Shown here: positions 34,808-46,304 of the stretch, in pieces
Position numbering within the stretch: position 1 is the stretch's first letter
Layout of the letters: each line of letters starts with the position of its first letter
Assembly: GCA_009103225.1 (NCBI GenBank)
Contig: RHPI01000017.1
Span: forward strand, 113,468-177,467
Reading direction: 5' to 3'
Source: Chlorokybus atmophyticus
Lineage: Eukaryota > Plantae > Mesostigma and Chlorokybus algae
DNA: 64,000 nt
Notes under the pieces: generated by a model
Database searches by the model: none
What the model was told of the DNA's origin: nothing
The model's input: the letters and a program-made list of their open reading frames with translations, nothing else
Translations under genes and position numbers: made by a program

Positions 34808-36690
34808 CTAGCTCAACTCATGTCTTTGCTGTGCTAACATACTGTCCATGAGTGTTCGCAATCGTCTTCTCACCCTGTCTGCCACTTGAGGATGAAACCA
34901 ACTCCTTTGCATCTGCACACAACCACACAGCAATAACATGTGGTTACTAAGCACGTGTCGGCCTACACGACAGTGCCATTGAAGCACCTTCCACTTGTAA
35001 ACATTGCAGTGCACATGCATGAACTGTACCTGTTGAAATATCCGTGCGTTTGGGTCAATTGGACCAGCTTGTACCCCATCTATAAACTTGTCAAGATAAA
35101 GCATGACAAACAACCCGCACGCAACTCCATCCTTCTGCTGAGGGACCTGCACAAACATGTGTCAATGCTTGCAAACCAAATGCATGTGCATGCATCCAAT
35201 CAGTGCTTGTGACAGAATGCATGCAAACTCATCACTAGTGCAATGCAACGTGTGCTACCTGTGGTACAAGAAGCTGTACGTTTTCGGGAGAGAAGCGTCG
35301 TTGTGAGTCACTTCCATGCTTTCTGCCCCACATGTAGTCAAGGTAAGCGCGCATAGGTCCATCAACGTTGCGATGCAGGCCAAGGGAGTCGAGATGGACG
35401 AGTAAAGGCGGCGTGTCACTTCCAAGTTGGCCTCCAGGATTGCACACAAGCAGCAGACTCCAGTGAGTCCTGTGTACACAATCAAAATAATTCCAGTTTG
35501 CAAATACAGCAGCAATTCAGCAAGATATTCTTGGCGCTTATTCTCACCGCGTGTCTGGGTTGACAATCACTCCCAGCAAGTCCTTGGCAAACGGATCACT
35601 CTCCCACCTGTCTATCCTGTGATTGCTCGTGTGCCAGTCATTTTGTCTATGGCAGCGCACGATCTTGGTGTAGAAATGCGGGTGGAACAGCTTCACCTGA
35701 ATGCCATCTGCTCTGCCTAAGATTTCCTCTTCCTTGTATCTGCATGTGCATCCCACGTACATATGAGATACACGAATAACACAGACGCAACAAATCACAT
35801 ACCTGCAAAAGAAGTGGAGGATGGTGTCATTGAGCTCTTGTCTGCCATCCAGCAACCTCCTGTCCGTTTCAAGCACTGGCACCGCATCACGTGCACTTGC
35901 ACTAGGGTAAATGAACAGTGGCTGCGGTGTTGACGGCTGCGGGTTGCTGACTGGATCGTCCAGCACCATGATATCATCATCGCTGCCCACGAGGTCCACA
36001 ACTGCCGCAGCCGTCGTGGGTTGCTGATTACAGCCCTCTTCGTCTTCATCGTCAACTTCCATCGTGACTGCCTCTGCAGCCATAAATGGTTCAATTGGGC
36101 AAGAACCACAACGCAAATCAACAAGCTCAAGCACACAGCAGCTTACCATTGTTAGCCTCATCCCCACTCTCTTCAACGTGTTGAACCCCACTCTGCACAG
36201 GTTGTGAAACCCTACCGCAACTGCCCGGCAGAGAACGACGAGCAAGGCTCTCCCTTGGGAGCTGCGCTGGAGCACCACCTTCTTCGTACGCAGCGCATCG
36301 CGAGCACGTAACCTCAACCATGCTACCCACAGCGTGCCGTCGACAGAGGCTGTTTGGACACGTCGCGCAGACTTGAAAAGCTGCTTCGTTGCAGTTCTTC
36401 ACATGGCACCTGTGTTTTGGTTCAGTACAAGTGATGATGGTTCTAGGAGTGAAGTTCCTCACAACAAGATGCCAAGCATTTGCTGCAATGAAGTCCACTT
36501 ACTCATGCCTTGGGCACTCCCAATATTCATCCTCCACAGGTGGCATAGAGACACAGTGCGCGTGGTAGCTTTTCCAGCAACCTTCCACATCGCAGCCAGA
36601 TATGGTGCCCCCATCCTTGCAGACAAAGCAGTAGTCTTCATGTTCCCGATGTTCCAACGCATCCAGCTCCAGTCTCGGTCTCATCCTGTG
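34808..36690 (-). CDS. Spliced NSD-type PHD-C5HCH module + Ulp1/SENP (C48) SUMO protease
   Basis: EDYCFVCKDGG..CDVEGCWKSYHAHC..WECPRHE|CHVKNC..CATCPNSLCRRH. Protease motifs LNDTIL, LFHPHFYTK, THWSLLLVCNPG, HLDSL and QQKDGVACG give an intact His/Asp/Cys triad. Confidence 0.88.
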
Positions 36691-36899
36691 AACAAAGGTT
36701 CAGTGGCCAGGTCTACAGTCTCACAGTAGGGATATGAGGCATCACAATCGCAGACAGTACCTCTTGTACTCAAAATGCCAGTCGCGGCGTGTGGTCCATG
36801 ACATCTCGCTCGAGGCGCTATTGGTTTTGCTTTGGGCACCCTGCACCAAGTACACAAGATGGTTTTATGTGATGCCAAAACCCAGGATATATGAGGACA

Positions 36900-39800
36900 T
36901 CCAGATTCTAATGGACAACGTTGTTAAACCTTCCTCTTACCGGAGTGTCCCGGTGCATGCCTCGACGCATGAGACTGCGCCTGTCTTTAACAAGCGCTAC
37001 TGTTACTTTGTTGTCATGGGGATTAATTCCCTCAAACCACTGGCCCTTGACCTGCCAGCAAGAAGGGATATTCATCAGCCATTTTCATACTACTATTTCA
37101 ATTTACTATCATCACACCAAGCACACGCCAAAACGATTGCAACACAGCCACTTACCAGGTTGCAATCAAGGTAGGTTTGTTCTGCAAAGCGGGGCTTGTC
37201 TTTTCTTAGGATTGCAAATCCTCCACTGTGCTGGACTTGGTTGCTCATGTACCACCTAGCTCTGAGCAGCTGGTGCTCCCGACCAGCTATCACAACAACA
37301 TCAAAAGATTGCACCCTGCCATACCAATGGATCTTCTTGGTTGGGTCATCTGAGTCACGCCCAACGGTAAACACGCCACCGTCCATGGTGCGGAGTTTCT
37401 TCTCCATTTCCTCTGCTCTGAACTGACCGATGTCCTTGTAGCGTGCTTTGAAGTATCGCTTGATGTACTTTGGAAAGATTGGACCGCTCAACAGCTCCAT
37501 CTCGTGCTTTGTAAGCTCCCTAGCAGGTCCACGCCAGTGATGCAGCTCAGTCATATGCTCCATGTCCTTTGCCACGACATGTCCTTGTTTTTGAGCCCTT
37601 TCCCTTGCCATCCTGCGTTTGTTCACCTCCCGACTGAACTCTCTGTGTAGCAGCAACCCATAAATAAATCATACTGTCTGCGCGTTGGACATCACGTACA
37701 AAACAGCACCTCTTAAAGCAACTTAATCTTTTAACAGCCTGTATTCATCGTCATTCTCAGCCAACCACCACTCGAGCTCCTGCCTTGTCTTACTATCTTT
37801 ATCCCCAACCTCAATACGGTGTCTCCGTCCGCAGAGCACATAGTCGTCATCATCTCGTTGCTTGCCCGATCGCAAACTGATGTCGAAGAAAAGTCGCTTC
37901 AAGGCGTCCATGTAAGTGTTCAGCATGAGCTGGATAGAGTATCTGCAGATGCAACTGGCACTTGAACAAGGCAAACAATGTGGAAAGTTTGCACGTAACT
38001 CTCAGTGGGCTCACACAAAACTTGCCTTTTGCAGATGCTTGCTTCCACATGCTGCCTTGCAAATATCATGCGCTTCACCCACTGCATAAAGCGTTCATGT
38101 GCCCACTCCCAGTGGTCACGCGTCGGACCAAGCCACATGCACTGCTCTGGTAGATGGCCAAGGAGGTGCAGCATCATTGTGAGAGAAGTTCGCGGGAAGA
38201 ACAGCTCCACTTCAGACTGTGCCTCATGCACCAGCACCTGCACTAAGTAATAAGCTATGCATGCCATAGGAGCTGGGCATGCAGAGTAAAGTGTTATTAA
38301 AGCCAACCTTCAATTCTTCGAGGTGTGACTGCTTTACTTCCAATGCAGTCAGCCGTTGATAGATGTCGCATAGTTTGAAGATGGTTCTCTTCTGATCTTC
38401 TCCAATGTCGTGTGCAGAGCGCAGCACGTACTGAAAAACGACCGACCATAAGTTGTGCTTGTCGTGCGATTTCATCAAGCCTGCATGCTCCATGTCAAAA
38501 GTTCCATGCATGGAGAATGATTGCTTTAGCGTAAACACAAAACATATAACGGCTATCTCACTTAAATGCTTTGTGAAAGATTGCAGTTTCGAGCCGAAAG
38601 TGCTTGAAACCCTCACGCCGGAGAGCAATTGCTCAACCAGTCCTACATCTGTGATTGTCCATGGAGCCTGGGGTTTTACCTTGACTGCGACTGCCTTTCC
38701 ATCTTTCATCTTCATCTCTGTCTGCAGCACATAGGTTCAAGTCCTTGGTTAAATCCAACTATGGCACATGTCAACGAGGCCGACTACATACGTACCTCTA
38801 GCCAGAGTTCAGGCATGCGGCCTTGCTGCTGCAGATCTTCTCATGATTCGATGCTGTCGCGCAAGCCAGCTAGAAGATTTGCAAAGTTGGTTGCCAGGTT
38901 GGCAAAAATGTGCATAGGGCCAACCACATGACCTTTGACAGATTTTTGCAACGGTAGCCAATATGGAAGGTCGTGAAAACAACTCAGTCCAAGGATGCCG
39001 GAGGTCTTTGAAGGATGTCTCTTGGAGTGCAGTGGACGCTTGCTGTTGCGAGATGTCATAGCATACCTGATCACATGGCATCCATTGCTGACATACCTAT
39101 GTTCTGCAACCGAATGCGCAATCAACTGAGATTGCTCACCTGTACACGCTCTCTGCAGTCCGCATGGGTGGTGGAGGTCTGTGTTCTGGTTGCGGCCAAC
39201 GCTCATCAACTCTGTAAGGATGGTCATCCGGTAGGTACCGGCGGTGGCCTTGATAGATCACCTTTTTGAGAAGTTCCACATGTTCTCCACTGCACTCGCA
39301 CTTTGAACAGCCAAAGATGGCTCCATGCGCCATCTGCAAGGCAGCTTTTGCCAGAGCTGCGCAACCAACATGATGTACTTCAGTAGCCACAACCATGGTT
39401 GCAAGGACAGTCCGATATACAGATACAGTCAGACACTGATAACAGTAAGTGCAAACACTGCTGCTGCTTGAGTACCTGGGTAATCATGGATTACAATCTC
39501 CAGAATAGATCTGCAACGGAAAACTGCGTCGCGGTGGCTGTCATATATGTCTATACCTACAACAAATGCCAGCAGATTACATGCCTCAGTCATGCGCATT
39601 TGTCAAGCATGACTGCAGTAATGGAAGCTGCTTATCCTAGCTGCGTTGAAACCATACCTTCCCAGAGATCTCCCAACTGGTCAATAATTGGCTTGAGATA
39701 AGCCTGTAGATTCTCTGGCTGTTTGGGTCCAGGGATTACAGCAGCTACAAATGTAGTGTCTGTCTTGTGCATCTTAGCAATGGGCAGGTTCAACACTGAG

Positions 39801-40060
39801 ATTGTGACAACTCAAAACTCATAGTTCCCTGCAACTCAACAAACCCTTTGCTGCTATTCGTACAGTTACACTGCAACGAGCATACAGGAAGAAAAATGCT
39901 CTTTTATACCTTTGTGCGGATCTTTGAACGGGCTCATCCCGTTGATCAATTCTACTGCCAGTGTTAGGCGCTTGCATGCCTGATTTGTGTCCAACAGTTT
40001 TGAGCGCAACCCGCTTTGCCTTGCAGGCTGTGCTACGGCCATGAGGTAATACAAAGTACA
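36900..40060 (-). pseudogene. CACTA TnpD transposase (Transposase_21 + DUF4218 + DUF4216-like)
   Basis: VLNLP..VIPGPKQP..YLKPII..LWEG, GCSKC..YQGHRRYLPDDHPYR, FHDLPYW..PMH, KSHDKH, FFP..MLHLLGHL..GP..WAHERFM, HWYGRV..RARWY. In-frame TGA near 39808. Confidence 0.93.
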
Positions 40061-40095
40061 AGGTCAGATCTTTGCGTCATCCTTGCACAAGGCCT

Positions 40096-40205
40096 ATAGT
40101 TTGGTGGTAGTTTTGGTAGTTGTATAGTTGTTGTGTAGTTGTTGTTGTTGTGTAGTTGTATAGTTTGGTGGTAGTTTGGTAGTTGTTGTGTAGTATAGTT
40201 GTAAT
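40096..40205. repeat. GTT/GTA/TAG low-complexity tract
   Basis: Directly visible. Confidence 0.85.
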
Positions 40206-41277
40206 GTAACTAATCTGCTAGTCACTATGTTGTTGTGAACACAATTGTGGCGGTTGTGCCTGAGCTGATCTGCTGCTAGATCTCCAAGTTGCACAAAGGC
40301 ACACACCCCACTGTTATCAGTAATTGCACATGCAACAGCCACACTTGGAGAATTACCAGCAGAGCAGCTCAGCGGTAACCAGAGTGTAAAGGGCAAACAA
40401 AGTGTGTGTAGAGCAATGGTCATTTCGACGAGTCACTAGAGTCACTAGGTTCACTAGGAGGGTCGCGAGTGGGGAAAATTCCATTACAAGTTGGTGTGAG
40501 ATTGGTACCGGGCGTTGCACCAGGTGCAGGGACTTCGGAGCCAGTAAACACACTCCAGCGTGCAGCAATATTGTTGTCGCACTCGATCGCAACGCGCAGG
40601 CCAGCAGCGCCATAGCACAGGGCTTTTTACGCGCGGACCAGTCGTACGCGGCCCGTAGACCACGTCTGGTACGTTGTAGCGTACCAGTGCCGCGACTGGT
40701 CCGGCATGATCGGACCACTAGTGGTCCGGCCCCGGAGCCCGCCGATATGGTCCGAATGACCGGACCAGGGCTGGTGGCGTGTCCCGCGGCTTGTAGACCG
40801 GTACAGCACTGGTCAGCACGCGGCCTGAGCAGTAGGACCAAGGCTGATCGCATGCCCTGCGGCCTATGAGCCAGGGCAGCACTGGTACAGAATGCATGTA
40901 CTGTACGGACCAATTATGTCCTCACAAACGGGACCAAGCTGCACTGGTATGGTTGCAAGCGGCCCTCATCGACCATGCATGGTTCCGAAACCGAAACAGC
41001 ACTCAACAACTCAACAGCTCTTTTGGATCATTGATATATCATGATAACCAACGGTGAAGAATGACGTCGGAAGCATACGACACATCTCACCTGGTCCGTT
41101 GCTCCCAAGGTCACGTGCGCCAATGCTAAACGAGTAGCAGGCACTGGGCATGCATGGTCCCCTGTCCATTTACTAGGGTTTTGGGCTTGCGCTGCAGTCT
41201 CGGCGGCGGCGGCGGCGGCGGCGGTGGCGAAAACCTTTTGAACAGCTGGTTTCGTGGGTACTACGCATGCACCTAGC

Positions 41278-41794
41278 ATGGCGGCCCAAAAAGCAGCTGA
41301 TATTGCTGAAAGACTCCACCAGTCTATCGGACTCAAGCTACCTGCAGTCAACCTTGCAGCTTTGCGCAAGCGGAAGCAGCGTTCCAAGTTGGTTGTCAAC
41401 GCAACGCAAGGTCTCCTACGTCAGAAGGACTTGGAGTTGAGTCAAAGAGAGCAAGCTCTTGCCCGCAGACAAGCTGAGGTGTCCCAACTTTTGGCTGATA
41501 GCGGCCTCGCTGGTGACAATGCGTCCCCCATGGAGGTGGATGGGCAGGCAGACCCCTCACTCAGGTAACATCCTTGTCCCCACTAGCTAGCTTTCAAGCC
41601 TCATTGCGACACAGCCAGCACAGATTTCTTGACAGCCGTTGTTAAGCGCCTAATATGACTCCCTGCAGGCCAGCTTCAGCAACTCAGCCTGCTGCAACCG
41701 CTTGCCAGCCATCCACTTCGCATTCCCCTCTGTCACCAGCTGCTGAAGCTGGAGGTGGCTCATTCGCCGACGAGTCATCTGATCATGTGGAGAG

Positions 41795-41827
<33 letters not shown>

Positions 41828-44800
41828 TCGTCAAGTTATCTGCAATTGCAGTTCCAGTGGATGCCGCGGCATGGTAAGCAGTGCGGTCTTTGAGTTATGC
41901 AATCTATTGCTCTGACCGAAAGTTTCATAGTCCAGTATCTACGAGTTATGCACTCCATTGCTCAGACCTAAAGTCTGATAGGCACTGTCCAGTGTCTACG
42001 ACTTATGCATTCCTTTGCTGAGACCTAAGGACTCATAGGCACTGGACAGTGCCAGTCTGGTTTATGACACAGCCATGCACGCGTGTGTCTTGCTTGTGAT
42101 TCTTGATAGCGTGGTGATGTGGATTGGTGTTGATCGCTGGCGTGCTAACCAAGATCTGTCATCATAGATGGTGGACGAAGCAGTTGCAAGGGCGCACCGT
42201 GCACTTGACCTGGCAGTTGCCGCAAGCAGGTGGGCACCACCTATTCCCCACAGTCAACCTCGAGCCCAGCCAACCACCATCGGAGTCTACTACGAAGAAG
42301 TGGCTGGATATCTACCTAAAGATTGTGACAGCCCTGGAAGATTCTGGTGTCCAGGTTGCTCTCGTCAACGAGATTATGAAGCTCATCTTTGGCCAGATAA
42401 ATTCTGTGGTCAAGCTGGCCTTGGAGGTTCCTTTTAAACAGGAGCAGTTGCGGGATGACATCGCCAGCCTCATAGGCGACACAATATCGCACAGACATGT
42501 CGCGGATGAGCTGCCGACAGACATTGCCGCCGTGGATAAACTGTTGGCCGCGCTCGGCATGCCTGTTCCTCAGCGCCTGACCATCTGTCCCACATGCAAG
42601 TACTTGTTTGATGCACCTTATCACACACTCAATGAAGATGACGAAGACTCGGACACGAGCGAGACCAAGCAAAAAATGATTGATCGCCTTCACAACACAC
42701 CGTGCGGAGGGGGATGCGGCAGGGTTCGCAAAGAATGTTGCGACTTCTTGTACAATCGTATAGGTGCCTGGCTCAGCGCCAAGTTAGCTGTCCCTTCAAT
42801 CGCTCACGACTATCTGGAGGAATGGCGCCACAAAGATGAGTGGTTGCACGTCCATGTGGAACAAGTACCTGCTGCAAACACTGAGTACTGGCATGGTGCG
42901 AAGAAGCCGCATCAGTGCAGCTTCTGGGACCCTCGCCACAAAATCAAGCTGCCTGTGTCCTGCGCATTCTGCCACCACATCCCGGATGTCGATCTGGAGC
43001 ATCACAACGCAGGCGATCACGCGACATTTGAATGCTCAGGGTGCCACAAAACCAACCATCAGATGGTACAGCAAGCTCTTGGCGACCCTCGCAACATAGC
43101 CCTGCTAATCCACGCCGACGGCTTCAGCTCAACAACCACTGTGAAGCACAGCTGCACCGTTGTCAGTGCCTCTGTGCTCAATGGCGGGAAGCGCATTTCC
43201 TCACAAGAGTCTTCCGTCATGCCTTTGCTCTTTGTTCCCACTGATCAGCTCCCAAACGGTGTGGACAGTCTGGAGCCCTTTCTGGAACCACTGGTGCGTG
43301 ACCTGGAGAACCTCTACTTGAACGGCTTCACTGTTCGTTATGGCCTCGATTCCAATCATGTCGACAGCCGCGTGCTTGATCAACGACCAGGTAATGACTG
43401 GGTTATAACATGTTTTGTCACCTATATCACCCAAAGTCTCATAGGCACTGTCCAGAGTCTACAACTTATGCAGTCCATTTTTGTGTATGCTAAAGTCTCA
43501 TAGGCACTGTTCAGTGGCTGCGACTTGGTTATAGCATATCTGCCTTCTTGCGGTCTATGAGACTGTCATAGGCTGCACTGCCCAGTGCGGCCTATTACAG
43601 TCTCTATCAGACTGGTTGTGAGATACTGATGTTGACTTCATTGCAGGTCAAGAGATAACGCTGCGGGTAGTGCTGTGGGCATGGACGGGTGACCAGCCAA
43701 CACAATGTGAGATAGGCCAGTTTAAGAATGGAGGCCTCGTCCCTTGCCGGCGTTGTCTCCTCAAAGCCACTCAGCACCAAGTGCCCCGGCGTGCTAAGCA
43801 GGTGGAAGATACTACGAGGACACGTACTGACCATTTTTATGGTGACAATCGCTACTACTGCCGCCATCCCCCAGCAGAGAGAGCAGCAAAGGATGCGTTC
43901 GACAACGCGTGCATGGTGGACTCACTCGATGGCCAAAACCGGAAAGAAAAATCAATGGAGTGCGGCATCACAGGGAAATCTCCACTCTGGCGGCTGTGGC
44001 ATCTGTATGAGTTTAACCCTTGCCGTGACTTGGTCTATGACACGATGCACCTGTTGCTGGAGGGGCTTTGCAAAAGTTTCGTGCACAGTACGCTGGGTGC
44101 AGACAGTTCAAAGCATGTCGAAGACATTGCCAAGGTGGAGCGCAGGCTGTCTCAGATGCGCATATCACGCCCCATGGACTTGAAGAGCAAACGTTTCCCA
44201 AGAGGCATCAGCAAGCACCTGGCTTGGTTCAAGGCCCAGGACTTGCGATGTTCGTGCAGTATGCTGTGCCATACGCTGTGTCCGATCTGGTAGACGAAGC
44301 AACCAGAGACGTCAGCTTTGCGCTTCACTTGCTCATCCGCATCTTCTTCCACAACTCTCGCCTACATGGCTGGACTGCGGAGCTGTTGGAACTTGCTGAC
44401 GCTCTTTTGAAATATTGGAGGGTCTACTCGGAGGACCTGTTTGGCACCAACAAAAGGCCCAACGAGCATGTGGCCGGTGCCGGTCACATTCTGGAGGACA
44501 TCATCTGGCACGGGAGTCATGATGTGTACTGGTGTTTTGTGCAAGAGCGCACTGTGTCCAACTATGTCAACACCTTCACCAATGGGAAGCATTTGAGATC
44601 AGCTACATGCGGCGTACACTAAGGAGATGGTTTCTGAGGACGCTCAACATCATGCGAGAAGATCAGAGGACTGGAAAGCTGTTGTGCCACCGAGCTAATG
44701 ATATAATGGCGCACTCTCAGCAGGTTTACCAGCCTCTGAGTGGAGCATGTAGTGACTGTCATTACGAAGTGCGCACTCAAAAGCACGCCATGGAGCTCTG

Positions 44801-45995
44801 GACCCTCGCTGAGAAATTCCCAGACTTGGAGCATGCGCGACTGATCAGAGAAAAGGGCATCCTTATTGGCAGCACCAGGAAGCCTGTCCCTCTTCAGAGA
44901 CCCTTGGCCTTGGAAATCAAGCGCGTTGAGGACATCACTGGCAACTTGCCCGAAGGCATACGCAAGTTCCGCGCATATCTGCGTAACGGGGTAATCTACA
45001 GGTGTGGTATAGTCTACGAATTTTGCAATCTATTGATCTGACCTAAAGTCTCATAGGCACTGTCCAGTGTCTACGAATTATGTAATCTATTGCTCTGACC
45101 GAAAGTCTCATAGGCACTGTCCAGTGTCTACGAATTACGCATTCTATTGCTCTGCCCAAAAGTCTCATAGGCACTGTCAGGTGTAGCATAGGCAGTGTCT
45201 ACTAGAGTCTCATAGGCACTGTCTACTGTCATCTCTTGATACAAAGTGAGTGAGTAAAGCCTTTGGTATTTGCAGACGCAGAGGCGTTGATAACGTGAAG
45301 ATGGCGGACCCAACTGTCGCACCATGCCGGGTGGTTGAGATCTACCTGTTCAATTGGCGGAAATCCACTATCCATGTGCAAGTGCGGCCTTATACAAAAA
45401 AGCGTGATGCCATGGGCAATGACCTGATTGACAGAGACACTGGTGCACAGTGCATTGGGCGTTTGGCAGATGAGTTTACGCTCATCGGTGGAGACCAGTT
45501 GCAACGCAAGCTCTGGGTGTTGCTCAACCGTGATGTAGCAAATCATCAATTGGCGTACGACTATGACAGCACAGAGTTGAGAGTCACTGCAGCCGACATC
45601 CCCTTGCCGGTGTGGCCAGAAAAGGGCGATGTCCTGGAGATGCGGCACAACAGCAAGTCCATTTTCGACTTCAGACTTCCGCATGAGCCCCCAGATGAAG
45701 ATCCTGCTGACCCACCCCCTTGGGTTGTTGTGGTCAAAGAGGTGCGGTCCGACGGTCATATGGTAGTCGACTACCTGAAGAAGGCAGGGGGGAGGAGGCT
45801 AGGCGTCTGGGTGGTTAACACAGCTGCGAGCGACCAGGTGGAGGACCCTTTCTCAGCCAAAACAAAGCTCGACTGGCCAAGGCAAGGGAGCAGCAGAAGC
45901 AGCTGCGCTTGGACTGAGAGAAGTAGAAGTGATGGACGGCGAATGAAATTCAACCAACATCGCATGTATTGGAAGCCAGGACAGCAGGCAGCAAG
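41278..45995 (+). CDS. Spliced EnSpm/CMC transposase of B with C-terminal BAH-like and SH3/Tudor-like regions
   Basis: CPTC, GDPRNIALLIHADGF, FLEPLVRDLENLY, WTGDQP..PCRRC, YDTMHLLLEG, PNEH..YWCFVQER. Then YR..DNVKM..CRVVEI..VQVRPY (BAH-like) and PEKGDVL..WVVVVKEV..VVDYL. Frame changes near 44240 and 44620 are either short introns or frameshifts. Confidence 0.85.
41890..42050 (+). repeat. 57-bp intronic minisatellite (copy cluster 1)
   Basis: Unit GTCTCATAGGCACTGTCCAGTGTCTACGAATTATGCAATCTATTGCTCTGACCTAAA. Confidence 0.85.
43430..43560 (+). repeat. 57-bp intronic minisatellite (cluster 2)
   Basis: Same unit, about 2 copies. Confidence 0.8.
45010..45225 (+). repeat. 57-bp intronic minisatellite (cluster 3)
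   Basis: GTCTCATAGG at 45048, 45105 and 45162. Confidence 0.95.
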
Positions 45996-46304
45996 TGAGT
46001 GTGTTTGCACTTGCATTCACGTGTTTGTGAAGTGCGTGTGTCTGCATCATAGACCAATTCGGATAACTGCGCCTTGCAGACAACTATGTGCACTGTTGTG
46101 TGTGCATGCGACTGCATGTGTGATGGCCGAGCAAGTAGGGCAAGCAATGAACATGTAATGGCAATATATTACTGTATACACTTATGCACATCTGTTCTGC
46201 AGGCTATGTACACTGAATGGATGCCTATAAACCCAGCCTGCAGCTGGACTATAAGCAACCTGAAGTAGGTACCTGGGTGCTACTGACTCAGTCTATAGGC
46301 CATA

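Noticed and set aside
45010-45225. CRISPR-like periodicity of the 57-bp arrays
   Set aside because: These are whole-unit tandem repeats with no unique spacers, no cas genes and a eukaryotic context.
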